Part shown: positions 44,785 through 54,534 of the stretch, piece after piece
How positions within the stretch are numbered: position 1 is the stretch's first letter
Layout: each line of letters begins with the position of its first letter
DNA from: Bacillota bacterium
GTDB taxonomy: Bacteria > Bacillota > Clostridia > Christensenellales > CAG-138
Direction of reading: 5' to 3'
Assembly: GCA_022707005.1 (NCBI GenBank)
Contig: JAKJBL010000001.1
Span: 9,454-70,217 of the forward strand
DNA length: 60,764 nt
Notes under the pieces: model-generated
Told to the model about the DNA's origin: nothing
The model's database searches: none
Seen by the model: the letters and a program-made list of their open reading frames with translations, nothing else
Program-made: the position numbers and the translations under genes

Positions 44785-45438
44785 ATGAAAAAGAGCAGCT
44801 TAAGCAGCGTGTTCTTCAATGGGTTAATAACTGAGAACCCGACGTTTCGGCTTGTGCTTGGCACATGTCCTACAATCGCAAGCACAACAAGCGCGTTTAA
44901 CGGCCTGGGTATGGGGGCTGCGGCAACATTCGTGTTAGTCGGCTCAAATGTGGTTATCTCGCTGCTTCGAAACTTCATTCCGGATAAGGTGCGGATTCCG
45001 GCGTTTGTTGTTGTTATATGCACCTTTGTAACAATGGTTCAAATGCTTATGCAGGCATTTGTGCCAAGCCTTTATGAGGCGCTCGGGATTTTTATTCCGC
45101 TGATTGTCGTAAACTGCATCATACTTGCGCGCGCAGAAGCTTATGCGAGCAAAAGCGGAGTGCTGCATTCTGCTATTGACGGCTTGGGCATGGGCGCGGG
45201 CTTTACGCTTGCAATAACGAGCATGGGGATTGTGCGTGAGCTTATAGGCAATGGCACAGTTTTTGGCACAGCTGTTATGGGTGCGTCCTATGAGCCAATG
45301 GCGCTTATTCTGCTTGCGCCAGGCGGGTTTTTAACATACGGGCTAATGCTTGGGCTTATGAATGTGCTCACAGTTGGTGCGGAAAAACGCAAGCTTAAAA
45401 AGCAGCTCGTTGAACATGAAGGGGGTGCTGACGCATGA
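44785..45438 (+). CDS. rnfE: Rnf complex subunit E
   Basis: GLITENPTFRLVLGTCPT and IPLIVVNCIILARAEA are typical RnfE/NqrD blocks. Confidence 0.9.
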   Translation: MKKSSLSSVFFNGLITENPTFRLVLGTCPTIASTTSAFNGLGMGAAATFVLVGSNVVISLLRNFIPDKVRIPAFVVVICTFVTMVQMLMQAFVPSLYEALGIFIPLIVVNCIILARAEAYASKSGVLHSAIDGLGMGAGFTLAITSMGIVRELIGNGTVFGTAVMGASYEPMALILLAPGGFLTYGLMLGLMNVLTVGAEKRKLKKQLVEHEGGADA

Positions 45439-46043
45439 TGCCGGCTTTAGAAGGGTTTAATAGCTTTGGCGATATTCTGCTGTTCATGGTCGCGTGCGTG
45501 CTCTCAAATAACTTTATTTTCTCGCGCTATCTTGGGATATGTCCGTTCCTTGGGGTTTCAAGCAAAGTTGAAACAGCAGTCGGCATGGGTATGGCCGTAA
45601 CTTTTGTTATGGGGCTTGCGAGCCTCTTTACCTGGATGGTCTATTACTGGCTGCTTGTGCCGCTAAATCTTGCGTACCTCGACACAATCAGCTTTATACT
45701 TGTAATTGCCTCGCTTGTGCAATTTGTTGAAATGTTCCTTAAAAAAAGCGTTCCGAGCCTTTATAAAGCGCTTGGCATATATCTTCCGCTCATTACGACA
45801 AACTGCGCAGTGCTCGGGGTGACAGTGCTTAATGTCAGCGGGAGCTACGATGTTTTAAAGAGCGTTTTTAACGGCGTCTTTGGCGCGCTCGGCTTCCTGC
45901 TTGCAATAGTCTTAATGGCAGGGGTGCGTGAAAGACTCGAAACTTCGGATGTGCCCAAGCCGCTTCGCGGCTTTGCAATCAGTTTTATCATTGCAGGCTT
46001 AATGTCCGTGGCATTCTTAGGCTTTGTCGGCCTTGTTAAGTAG
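45435..46043 (+). CDS. rnfA: Rnf complex subunit A
   Basis: NNFIFSRYLGICPFLGVS and LPLITTNCAVLGV are typical RnfA/NqrE blocks. Confidence 0.9.
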   Translation: MMPALEGFNSFGDILLFMVACVLSNNFIFSRYLGICPFLGVSSKVETAVGMGMAVTFVMGLASLFTWMVYYWLLVPLNLAYLDTISFILVIASLVQFVEMFLKKSVPSLYKALGIYLPLITTNCAVLGVTVLNVSGSYDVLKSVFNGVFGALGFLLAIVLMAGVRERLETSDVPKPLRGFAISFIIAGLMSVAFLGFVGLVK

Positions 46044-46055
46044 GGAGGCGTACAA

Positions 46056-46856
46056 ATGGATGTAACTGCAATTCTTTATGCGCTTTTAGTGCTTGGTGCG
46101 CTTGGGCTTGTTTTTGGCATTGTGCTTGGAATAGCTGATAAAAAATTCTTTGTGCCTGCAGATGAGCGGGTAGAACGAATTAGGGCATGCCTGCCTGGAG
46201 CAAACTGCGGGGCATGCGGCTTTGCCGGCTGCGACGCATACGCGGATGCCGTAGCTTCGGGCAAGGTGCTCCCCAACTGCTGCCCTGTAGGCGGCTCTGC
46301 TGCTGCATGCGCAATAGGCGATGTTATAGGGTGCGCAGTAGAGGTAAGCGAACCTGTGCGCGCGCGCGTGCTTTGCCAGGGCACAACAACTGAAGCTGTG
46401 CAAAAATACGAATATGACGGCTACAAAAGCTGCAGAGCAGCAATAGGTATTGCCGGGGGGCCAAAGCAGTGCAAGTTTTCATGCGTAGGGCTTGGCGACT
46501 GCGCTGCTGCCTGCCCGTTTGATGCGATTACTATGCGCGATGGCATAGCAAATATAGACGAAGGTCTTTGCGTAGGCTGCGGCGTATGCGTTGATGTTTG
46601 CCCGAGGAATGTAATTAAGCTTTTGCCTATTATGAAAAATCAGGTAATAGTCCGCTGCAGGAACACGGATTCCGGGCGCGAAGCACGCGCTGTTTGCAAA
46701 AAGGTGTGCATTGCCTGCGGCCGCTGCGAGAAGGCGTGTAAATTTGACGCTATAAAAGTAATTGACGGCTGTGCTGTAATCGACCAGCAAAAGTGCACGC
46801 GCTGCAACGAATGCGTTGCTGTCTGCCCGACAAAGTGCATAACAGTCGGAAGTTAG
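46056..46856 (+). CDS. rnfB: Rnf complex subunit B (polyferredoxin)
   Basis: An N-terminal TM, CGACGFAGCDAYA, and several CxxCxxCxxxCP motifs. Confidence 0.9.
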   Translation: MDVTAILYALLVLGALGLVFGIVLGIADKKFFVPADERVERIRACLPGANCGACGFAGCDAYADAVASGKVLPNCCPVGGSAAACAIGDVIGCAVEVSEPVRARVLCQGTTTEAVQKYEYDGYKSCRAAIGIAGGPKQCKFSCVGLGDCAAACPFDAITMRDGIANIDEGLCVGCGVCVDVCPRNVIKLLPIMKNQVIVRCRNTDSGREARAVCKKVCIACGRCEKACKFDAIKVIDGCAVIDQQKCTRCNECVAVCPTKCITVGS

Positions 46857-46868
46857 TTTAACAAAAAT

Positions 46869-46894
46869 AAAAAGGGTCTGAAGGCCCTTTTTTT
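46869..46894. terminator. Bidirectional terminator between rnfB and the convergent DUF1846 gene
   Basis: AAAAAGGGTC TGAA GGCCCTTTTTTT. Confidence 0.6.
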
Positions 46895-46899
46895 GTTGT

Positions 46900-48408
46900 T
46901 CAGTTATGGTAGAGCTTGTTGTTGCTAAAAACAGGCTCGCTTGTAAGGTTAATGCCGAGCTTTCTAAGCGTGGATTCATCCACCTGCGAAAGAATAACGC
47001 TTGAGTGCGCCTCAGCGCAGTTAAGCTTGCTAAGCTGCTTAAGGGCAAGAGCTGCAGTCGGGTTTGTAGCAGCGCTTATTGAGAGCGCAAGCAGGATTTC
47101 ATCTGTATGAAGTCTTGGGTTAGAGTTGCCAAGATGCTGAGTCTTTAAGTTTTGTATAGGCTCGATAATTATAGGCGAAAGCAGATGTATGTCCTCATGT
47201 ATGCCGCCAAGCGTTTTAAGGGCGTTTAGAAGCGCTGCTGACGAGGCGCCAAGCAGAGCCGAAGTTTTCCCTGTGACTAAGCGGCCGTCCGTAAGTTCAA
47301 TAGCCATTGCAGGCGCGCCTGTTTGTTCCGCTTTGTTAAGCGCAGCTGCAATTACAGGGCGCAGCTCGCTTGTTACGCCTGATTGGTTCATGAGCAGTTC
47401 AAGCTTTGTTACAAGCTCTTTGCCAGAGCTGCCGCGCTTATACTCGCAGCTTACAGTATAATACCGCCTTAGAATTTCACGCTTTGCAGCAGCAGAGACA
47501 ACAGCATCATCAGTTATGCAAAAGCCGACCATGTTCACGCCCATATCTGTAGGAGAAAGATACGGGAATGTGCCGTCCATGCGTTCAAAAATTGCCTTAA
47601 GCACAGGGAAAACCTCTACATCGCGGTTATAGTTGACAGCCATTGTGCCATAGGCCTCAAGGTGGAAAGGGTCAATCATAGTTACATCGTTTAAGTCTGC
47701 AGTCGCAGCTTCAAAAGCAAGGTTTACAGGGTGCTTGAGCGGCAAATTCCAAATTGGGAAAGTCTCAAACTTTGCATAGCCCGCCTTTAGGCCTCGGCGG
47801 TTGTCGTGGTAGAGCTGCGAAAGGCAGGTCGCCATTTTCCCGCTTCCAGGGCCTGGCGCAGTTACAACTACAAGCGAACGCTCGGTTTCTATATATTCGT
47901 TTTTGCCATAGCCATCATCGCTTACAATAAGCTGCACATTTGAGGGATAGCCCGAAATCGGGTAGTGCTTGTATACGCGCACGCCGAGGTTTTCGAGCTT
48001 GCGCTTAAAGAGTTCAGCAGCAGGCTGCCCGCAGTACTGTGTAAGCACAACGCTGCCAACATAAAGGCCGATTCCGAGAAAGGCGTCAATAAGGCGCAGC
48101 ACGTCCATATCATAAGTTATGCCAAGGTCGCCGCGGCGCTTGTTTTTTTCAATGTCAGCAGCGTTTATTGTTATAACGATTTCAACCTGTTCCTTTAAGC
48201 AGAGCAGCATATTGACCTTGCTGTCAGGCTTAAAGCCGGGCAGCACCCTCGACGCGTGATAATCGTCGAAGAGTTTGCCGCCAAATTCAAGGTAAAGCTT
48301 GCCGCCAAAGCGCGCTATACGCTCACGTATGCGCTCAGACTGCAAGTGAAGATATTTGTCGTTGTCATAACCTATTTGTAAAAGCTGAGCCTGATTCTGG
48401 CCTTCCAA
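46900..48408 (-). CDS. DUF1846 (UPF0371) family protein
   Basis: IGYDNDKYLHLQSERIRERI...GGKLFDDYHASRVLPGF is the conserved UPF0371 N-terminus. I place the start at the TTG at 48408, 7 nt after AGGGGGT, giving 502 aa. The ORF track extends to 48522. Confidence 0.75.
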   Translation of the reverse strand: MEGQNQAQLLQIGYDNDKYLHLQSERIRERIARFGGKLYLEFGGKLFDDYHASRVLPGFKPDSKVNMLLCLKEQVEIVITINAADIEKNKRRGDLGITYDMDVLRLIDAFLGIGLYVGSVVLTQYCGQPAAELFKRKLENLGVRVYKHYPISGYPSNVQLIVSDDGYGKNEYIETERSLVVVTAPGPGSGKMATCLSQLYHDNRRGLKAGYAKFETFPIWNLPLKHPVNLAFEAATADLNDVTMIDPFHLEAYGTMAVNYNRDVEVFPVLKAIFERMDGTFPYLSPTDMGVNMVGFCITDDAVVSAAAKREILRRYYTVSCEYKRGSSGKELVTKLELLMNQSGVTSELRPVIAAALNKAEQTGAPAMAIELTDGRLVTGKTSALLGASSAALLNALKTLGGIHEDIHLLSPIIIEPIQNLKTQHLGNSNPRLHTDEILLALSISAATNPTAALALKQLSKLNCAEAHSSVILSQVDESTLRKLGINLTSEPVFSNNKLYHN

Positions 48409-48437
48409 TGTTTTTACCCCCTGCGCCTGCTTAGTAT

Positions 48438-48466
48438 ATAATACTGCTTTAGGCTTATGAGTGCAA
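48438..48466 (-). promoter_or_regulatory. Candidate promoter for the DUF1846 gene (TTGCAC-17-TATTAT)
   Basis: On the minus strand, -35 is at 48466-48461 and -10 at 48443-48438. Confidence 0.5.
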
Positions 48467-48480
48467 ATGAAGTTTGGGCA

Positions 48481-48504
48481 AACAAAAACGTGCCTTAGCA
48501 CGTT
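48481..48504 (-). terminator. Intrinsic terminator after the FAD-dependent protein gene
   Basis: On the minus strand, AACGTGC TAAG GCACGTT is followed by TTTTGTTT. Confidence 0.65.
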
Positions 48505-48530
48505 TTCTAAGAAGCTTAGCAATAATCTGA

Positions 48531-49937
48531 CTATTTTTTAGCAATATCCCTTGCTACTACTATACCTGTAACGCTTGCCTGCATAAGCCCGCGCGTTATG
48601 CCTGCGCCGTCGCCTATTGCATAAAGACCTGGGATTTCGGTTTCAAAGCTGCTGCTCACCTGAAGCTTTGATGAGTAGAACTTGACTTCAACCCCGTATA
48701 AAAGCGTATTTTTGGAATACAGCCCAGGCGCTATGTTGTCAAACGCGCGCAGCGCCTCAATTATGCTTGTAAGGTGCCTGTGCGGAAGCACAAAGGATAA
48801 ATCCCCAGGTACTGCTGTTTTTAGCGTTGGGACAGTTGTTGACTTGTTTAGGCGCGACATATCAGTCCGCCTGCCCTGAAGGAGGTCGCCAAGGCGCTGC
48901 ACCATTATGCCCCCGCCTGTGAGCATGTTGCCAAGCTGCGCAATATAGTTGCCGTAGCGTATGGGCTCGCTGAAAGGCTGCGTAAAGCGGGTTGAAACAA
49001 GCATAGCAAAGTTCGTGTTCTGTGTGCGCAGCTCCTGCTCATGGTAGCTGTGGCCGTTTACTACTGCTATGCCGCCTTCATAATGTTCTTCGCTTACAAG
49101 GCCGCCCGGGTTCATGCAGAATGTGCGCACGCGGTTTTCGAATGTATCTGAATAATAAATGAGCTTAGCTTCATATACCTGCTTTGTAAGGTGATCCATT
49201 ATAGAGTTTGGCACCTCAACGCGCACACCGATATCGACTTCGTTGTTTCGCGTTTGCAGCCCTATGTGCGAAGCTTTCTCTGCAAGCCAGGTCGCGCCGC
49301 CGCGCCCGGGCGCAAGCACGATATATGGGGCGTTGACTACTGAGGTGCTCCCGTCTGCTGCCTTCAGGCTTACGCCTGTAGCCTTGCCGCCCTCAATTAG
49401 AATTTCTTCAGCAGCAGTCCGCTCTAAAAAAGTGAAGCCCTGCTCTTTAATGAGCCCTGTATACATATTCTGCAGGGTTGTAAACGCGTACTCCGTACCC
49501 ATGTGCCGAATTGGGCAGGGCACAAGGCGTATGTTATGCCTGCTCGCTTCGTATGAAATTTCGCTTACCTTGGGGTTGTCGCGCCCGTGGACAACCTGGG
49601 GCGCCCCATGCTTAACAAAAATGCTGTCTGCATAGTCAATGAGCGACTGCGCTTCGCGCTCTGACATATAGTCGGTTATATTCCCGCCGACTTCATGCGA
49701 AAGTGAGAGCTTGCCGTCTGAAAAGGCGCCTGCGCCTGCCCAGCCTGTAATTATTGCGCAAGGCTCGCAGCTTACGCACTTGCCTGTAACGCGCGCAGGG
49801 CAGGTGCGCGAATTTAGACTCCGCCCCTGGTCAACGAGCAAAACATTCATTTGAGGTTTAAGCTTCTTTAGCTCAAGCGCAGCAAAAATCCCTGCAGGAC
49901 CTGCGCCTATTATAACAACATCATAATTTTCGGGCAT
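48531..49937 (-). CDS. FAD-dependent oxidoreductase (COG2509-like uncharacterised dehydrogenase)
   Basis: DVVIIGAGPAGIFAA (dinucleotide-binding), a C-terminal GLYAIGDGAGITRG motif, and 468 aa. Confidence 0.75.
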   Translation of the reverse strand: MPENYDVVIIGAGPAGIFAALELKKLKPQMNVLLVDQGRSLNSRTCPARVTGKCVSCEPCAIITGWAGAGAFSDGKLSLSHEVGGNITDYMSEREAQSLIDYADSIFVKHGAPQVVHGRDNPKVSEISYEASRHNIRLVPCPIRHMGTEYAFTTLQNMYTGLIKEQGFTFLERTAAEEILIEGGKATGVSLKAADGSTSVVNAPYIVLAPGRGGATWLAEKASHIGLQTRNNEVDIGVRVEVPNSIMDHLTKQVYEAKLIYYSDTFENRVRTFCMNPGGLVSEEHYEGGIAVVNGHSYHEQELRTQNTNFAMLVSTRFTQPFSEPIRYGNYIAQLGNMLTGGGIMVQRLGDLLQGRRTDMSRLNKSTTVPTLKTAVPGDLSFVLPHRHLTSIIEALRAFDNIAPGLYSKNTLLYGVEVKFYSSKLQVSSSFETEIPGLYAIGDGAGITRGLMQASVTGIVVARDIAKK

Positions 49938-50134
49938 TTAATACACCCTTTCCGGTTACTTTTTAGCTGCTTCGCATGCCAAAAAGAGCATAACGCATTG
50001 ACCTGCCCCTGTCAAGACAGCATATATTGCTAAAGTTATGAGTCTTACACCTTCTAAAAGCGGCGCTTATATTGCTGCCTGCATATAGCAGCGCAAACAT
50101 GCAATAGTATCTATTTGCCAAGAAGCTAATATAC

Positions 50135-51709
50135 ATGAGTAGCCGCTTTAGGCATGGGAGGCGTATTTTGCTAAACAGGAACTCGTTCTTTTATCAGGCT
50201 GCGCTTTTGGCTGCCTCAAACTTTGTGCTTCAGCTTTTAGGGTTTGTCTACCGCGTGCTTTTAGGCAGGCTTGCAGGGCCTGAGGGACTTGGCGTATATA
50301 CGCTTGCAATTCAGGTGTATTCAATAGTTATGTCCGTTTGCTCTTTCGGGCTTTGCGTAGCAGTAACTCATGTTTGTGCGCGGCTTTACGAAACAGCGGA
50401 TTATAGAGGCATACGAAAGCTCATTAGGTTTGCTTTATTCTGCTTTGTTTTGCTCCTTAGCCTGCTTGCAGTCCCAATCCTTTCTTTTAGGGGGTTTATA
50501 GCTAAGACGCTTTTAAGCGACAGCAGAACTGAGAGCGCGCTTTTTATTATACTTATCTGCATTTTGTTTACCGGCATAGAAAACATCTTAAAAGCAGCGT
50601 TTTTAGGCTGCAGGCTTGTGCGCTATACTGCTGTTTCTGAATTGGGCGAGCTTCTTATAAGAATAGGTTTTGCCTGGCTCCTTTTAACGCGCCTTATGAA
50701 CGGCGACCACGGCAGAAGCGCGTTTTTAATAGTGCTTGCAATGACGCTTTCCGAGTTATACAGCGTTGCGTTTCTTTCTGCCTCGTTTCTTGCCCGTTTT
50801 AAAGTAAAACTTGCAAAGCCTAAAACACCCGCTTTTAACATAAAGCGCGCATTTTTGAAAATGGCGGTTCCGTCAGCTTTGACCTCTGTTTTGTCGAATG
50901 TGTTTTCTTCTATTGCAGTAGTAATATTTCCTGCGCGCCTTATGCTTGCAGGGTATGCGCATAATGAGGCTGTAAGCAGCCTTGGGCTGATTTCGGGGAT
51001 GGTAGCGCCGCTTCTTATGCTTCCTTATGCATTAGTAGGCGCCTTATGCGCGCTTTTAATGCCGAGCATAGCCGCTGCATCAGCCTTAGGGCAAAAGCGT
51101 GTGCTTGCGCGTAAAATCGATAAGGGCATTGAAGCTGCGGGGCTTCTCGCGCTGCCGCCAACAGCTGCGCTTTTGCCGTTCATCCCCCTTATGTGCGCAT
51201 TTCTTTTTAATAGAACCGTGCCTCCGCTTTTAGCGCTGTTATTGGCTCTGCATACTGTTACAGTTTATTATTTAATTTTAGCAAACAGCATTTTAAATGG
51301 CTTGGGGCTTCAAAAAAAAGTGCTCCTGCTTGCCTTTTTAGGCGAGAGCCTGCAGGTAGCGCTCGTGTTTTTGCTTACTGCAAAGCCTGCGCTCCATGTT
51401 TATGGCTATGTGCTTGGGATGATAATTGCAGATTTGCTTAGAACGCTCTTCAGTTTTGTTTTTATTCATGCTTCGTCAGGCACAAAACCGCGCGTTTTTC
51501 AAGCAGGACTTGTTCCGCTTGCATGCGCAGTTACGCTTTATGCCTTCAGCAGGCTCTGCTTTTTTAAGCTGCTTTCGCTTAGCATAAGTGCTGCTAACGC
51601 GCTGCTCCTTAGCCTTGGTTTTTCCGCGCTTTTATACTTTGCGCTGCTTCGTCTGCTTGGGGTGAGGGTGCTTGCTTATTTAAGGCGCTTCGTTTTTGTG
51701 CAAAAATAA
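50135..51709 (+). CDS. MOP-superfamily flippase (SpoVB / polysaccharide biosynthesis protein-like)
   Basis: 524 aa with about 14 TM. The N-terminus (FFYQAALLAASNFVLQLLGFVYRVLLGRLAGPEGLGVY) resembles SpoVB/MurJ-like proteins. Confidence 0.6.
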   Translation: MSSRFRHGRRILLNRNSFFYQAALLAASNFVLQLLGFVYRVLLGRLAGPEGLGVYTLAIQVYSIVMSVCSFGLCVAVTHVCARLYETADYRGIRKLIRFALFCFVLLLSLLAVPILSFRGFIAKTLLSDSRTESALFIILICILFTGIENILKAAFLGCRLVRYTAVSELGELLIRIGFAWLLLTRLMNGDHGRSAFLIVLAMTLSELYSVAFLSASFLARFKVKLAKPKTPAFNIKRAFLKMAVPSALTSVLSNVFSSIAVVIFPARLMLAGYAHNEAVSSLGLISGMVAPLLMLPYALVGALCALLMPSIAAASALGQKRVLARKIDKGIEAAGLLALPPTAALLPFIPLMCAFLFNRTVPPLLALLLALHTVTVYYLILANSILNGLGLQKKVLLLAFLGESLQVALVFLLTAKPALHVYGYVLGMIIADLLRTLFSFVFIHASSGTKPRVFQAGLVPLACAVTLYAFSRLCFFKLLSLSISAANALLLSLGFSALLYFALLRLLGVRVLAYLRRFVFVQK

Positions 51710-51741
51710 AGCCTGACCCAAAACGGATTTTGGGTCAGGCT
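51710..51741. terminator. Bidirectional terminator between the flippase gene and the convergent hydA
   Basis: AGCCTGACCCAAAA CGGA TTTTGGGTCAGGCT forms a perfect 14-bp stem. Confidence 0.8.
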
Positions 51742-51755
51742 CTGCTTTTATTAAA

Positions 51756-53504
51756 TTATACTGTCTTATTCGAATACCTGTCTCTTGGCTGGTAGTGCGT
51801 ATGCAGCAGCTCATGCGATTTATGGCCGCAGGGCTCGCCCAAAAATTCATCATAAATGAATTTTATTGCAGGGTTATGGTGAGATTTGCGAATTGGCATA
51901 TCCCTGTCTTCTTCATAAGTTGCGCGGGTGCGCTCTATGAGCGGGTTTATTGTGCGAAGCGTCTCAGCATCAACAATCGGCTGACCGCCGCCTGTTACAC
52001 AGCCTCCCGGGCAGCCCATGATTTCTATGAAGTGGAAGTTCTTTTCGCCGGCCTTAATAGCATCAAGAAGCTTGCCTGCATTGCCGGTTCCGTGCGCTAC
52101 TGCTACGTTTACATCCATTCCGCCAATATGTACTGTAGCTTCTTTTATCCCCTCAAGCCCGCGGATGTCGTTGTATTCGATATCTTTAAGTTCCTCGCCT
52201 GCAAGAATGTCAGCTACTGTACGAAGCGCTGCTTCCATAACTCCGCCTGTTACGCCAAAGATTGTTGCTGCACCTGAGGATTCGCCGAGAATGTCGTCGA
52301 ATCCTTCATCAGGCAGGTTCACAAAATCTATGCGCGCCTGCTTTACCATAGCCGCAAACTCGCGCGTTGTAAGGGTTGCGTCAACATCGCGGTAACCGTC
52401 GCGCCCCATTTCAGGCCGAATTATTTCGAATTTCTTTGCAGTGCAGGGCATTACTGAAACTACGAAAACATCCTTAGGGTCAAGCCCGTTCTTTTGCGCG
52501 AAATAAGTTTTAGTAAGCACGCCCTGCATTTCATGCGGGCTCTTGCATGAGGAAAGGTTCGGCAAAAACTCAGGGTAGAAATGCTCGCAGTATTTTATCC
52601 ACCCCGGGCTGCATGAAGTAATCATAGGCAGCACGCCGCCTTCTTTAATGCGGTTAATAAGCTCGGTGCCTTCTTCTAAAATTGTAAGGTCAGCTGCAAA
52701 CTGCACGTCAAAAACTCGGTCAGCGCCAAGCCTACGCATTGCAGCAACCATTTTGCCTGTGCAGCGTGTGCCCATAGGCATGCCGAACGATTCGCCTATT
52801 GCAAAACGCACAGCTGGTGCAGGCTGGAAAACAACGAACTTCTTCGGGTCTGCAAGCGCAGCCCATACATCCTTTGTAGCATCCTTTTCTGTAAGCGCTC
52901 CTGTTGGGCAGGCAATTATGCACTGGCCGCAGTTGACGCAGGCAGCTTCATTAAGGCTGAAGCCAAAGACTGAGCCGATTTGGGTCTTAAAGCCGCGGTT
53001 CTGGAGACCTATGGCATAAACGCCCTGCACCTTTTCACAGGCTGCTACGCATCGCCTGCACAGGATGCACTTGTTGTTATCCCTTACTATAGAGGGCGAA
53101 GCTTCGTCAATAGTATGTATAGTGCGCGGGCCGTCAAATTCGATTTCTGTCATGCCGAGTTCATCTGCAAGCGACTGCAGCTCACAGGAACGGTTGCGCT
53201 TGCATGTAAGGCAGGAACGGTCGTGGTCTGAAAGAATAAGCCCGAGCACTGTGCGCCTTGCATCAAGCACTTCAGGCGAAGCTGTGTTTACACTTAGCCC
53301 TTCTGAAACGGGCAGAACGCAGGATGCCTGAAGCTTGCCGGATTTTGTGTCTTCAACAACGCACATTCTGCATGCGCCTATGTTGTTGATGTCTTTGAAG
53401 TTGCAAAGCGTAGGTATGCGGATGCCTTCTTTTTGGGCGACTTCGAGCACAGTCATGCCTTCTTCTGCCTGAACCTGCCGCCCGTTGATTACCATGTTTA
53501 TCAT
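51756..53504 (-). CDS. hydA: [FeFe] hydrogenase, monomeric CpI-like architecture
   Basis: 582 aa. An N-terminal 2Fe-2S ferredoxin-like domain and 4Fe-4S motifs (CILCRRCVAAC, CVNCGQCIIACP). H-cluster motifs TSCSPGW, MPCTAKK and GCPGGC. Confidence 0.9.
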   Translation of the reverse strand: MINMVINGRQVQAEEGMTVLEVAQKEGIRIPTLCNFKDINNIGACRMCVVEDTKSGKLQASCVLPVSEGLSVNTASPEVLDARRTVLGLILSDHDRSCLTCKRNRSCELQSLADELGMTEIEFDGPRTIHTIDEASPSIVRDNNKCILCRRCVAACEKVQGVYAIGLQNRGFKTQIGSVFGFSLNEAACVNCGQCIIACPTGALTEKDATKDVWAALADPKKFVVFQPAPAVRFAIGESFGMPMGTRCTGKMVAAMRRLGADRVFDVQFAADLTILEEGTELINRIKEGGVLPMITSCSPGWIKYCEHFYPEFLPNLSSCKSPHEMQGVLTKTYFAQKNGLDPKDVFVVSVMPCTAKKFEIIRPEMGRDGYRDVDATLTTREFAAMVKQARIDFVNLPDEGFDDILGESSGAATIFGVTGGVMEAALRTVADILAGEELKDIEYNDIRGLEGIKEATVHIGGMDVNVAVAHGTGNAGKLLDAIKAGEKNFHFIEIMGCPGGCVTGGGQPIVDAETLRTINPLIERTRATYEEDRDMPIRKSHHNPAIKFIYDEFLGEPCGHKSHELLHTHYQPRDRYSNKTV

Positions 53505-53577
53505 AGCGAGTTTGTTCCTTTCTGCTTTAACATTCGCGACCCATGTTATTGTTCACATTAAGGGTTAGATAATCCCC

Positions 53578-53599
53578 TATATAGAATACTTTCTATATA
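53578..53599. promoter_or_regulatory. 22-bp palindrome TATATAGAA-N4-TTCTATATA overlapping the hydA promoter
   Basis: Read directly. The arms are a perfect 9 bp, and the palindrome covers the -10 element and part of the spacer of the predicted hydA promoter. Confidence 0.5.
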
Positions 53600-53611
53600 A
53601 ACGCTTGTCAA
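53583..53611 (-). promoter_or_regulatory. Promoter for hydA (TTGACA-17-TATTCT)
   Basis: On the minus strand, -35 is at 53611-53606 and -10 at 53588-53583. This leaves about a 70 nt 5' UTR with GAAAGGAA before the ATG. Confidence 0.6.
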
Positions 53612-53640
53612 CATATTATCAATGTTTATTTAAAATTCAT

Positions 53641-53669
53641 TTGTATATACTTTAGGACGGCGTTATACT
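53641..53669 (+). promoter_or_regulatory. Candidate promoter for the ABC operon (TTGTAT-17-TATACT)
   Basis: Hexamers at 53641-53646 and 53664-53669. A leader of about 135 nt precedes the ATG at 53813. Confidence 0.4.
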
Positions 53670-53812
53670 TACCTGCAGGGTCATTTCACAAAACAGCGCA
53701 GGGGCGCAAGACGCCATATATTTAAAAAACCCGGAACCGAAAGCTCGCTAAGGTCGTCATATTTCATGGGCTCGTTCGCTTAAGGTGAACTATGCAGGAG
53801 AGGCATAAATGC

Positions 53813-54508
53813 ATGAATAATTCACCGCTCATTATTCTTCGCAATGTAACAAAGACCTACCGTGTAGGCACAGTTGATATTCATGCCTTGCGCGGGGTTG
53901 ACCTTACGCTTAATAAGGGCGAAATCTGCTGTGTCGTAGGGCGCTCCGGCTCAGGCAAATCAACGCTTCTTAATGTGCTTGCAGGGCTTGAAAAACCCAC
54001 TTCAGGCGAAATCATAATTTCGCGCATGCGCATAGAGCGCATGACGCAAAGCGAGCTTATACGCTTCCGCCAGGATAAAGTAGGCTTCATCTTTCAATCT
54101 TTCAACCTTATGCCTTACTATACAGCGCTTGAAAACGTTGCGTTCCCGCTTGTTTTTCGCGGCATAAGCAAGCAGAAGCGGCTTGAGGCTGCGCGCAAAA
54201 TACTTAAGGCTGTTGGTTTGGAGACGCATTTGCAGCATAAGCCGATGCAGCTCTCAGGCGGGCAGCAGCAGCGCGTAGGCATTGCGCGCGCGCTTGTGAG
54301 CGACCCTGAAATCGTATTTGCGGATGAACCAACGGGCAACCTCGACAGTAAAACGTCGGATGAGGTTATACGCATAATTTGCGACATCGCGCGCGAGCGG
54401 GGCAAAACGCTCATTATGGTAACTCATGACCCTAATATGGCAGCATATACGGATAAGGCAATACATTTGCTTGACGGGCAGATTACAGATATAGAACAAA
54501 GGGCATAA
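53813..54508 (+). CDS. ABC transporter ATP-binding protein (MacB/LolD/FtsE-like)
   Basis: GRSGSGKSTLLN, LSGGQQQRVGIARAL and FADEPTGNLD. I place the start at the ATG at 53813 (GGAGAGG upstream). The ORF track starts at 53792. Confidence 0.9.
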   Translation: MNNSPLIILRNVTKTYRVGTVDIHALRGVDLTLNKGEICCVVGRSGSGKSTLLNVLAGLEKPTSGEIIISRMRIERMTQSELIRFRQDKVGFIFQSFNLMPYYTALENVAFPLVFRGISKQKRLEAARKILKAVGLETHLQHKPMQLSGGQQQRVGIARALVSDPEIVFADEPTGNLDSKTSDEVIRIICDIARERGKTLIMVTHDPNMAAYTDKAIHLLDGQITDIEQRA

Positions 54509-54534
54509 TTTGCTCGAAGTTTGGAGGAATATTT

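Noticed and set aside
53690-53812. A possible structured leader or direct repeats (GCTCGCTAAGGT / GCTCGTTCGCTTAAGGT) upstream of the ABC ATPase
   Set aside because: The repeats are imperfect and in the same orientation. I found no terminator or convincing helices, so the evidence is too weak to call a regulatory RNA.
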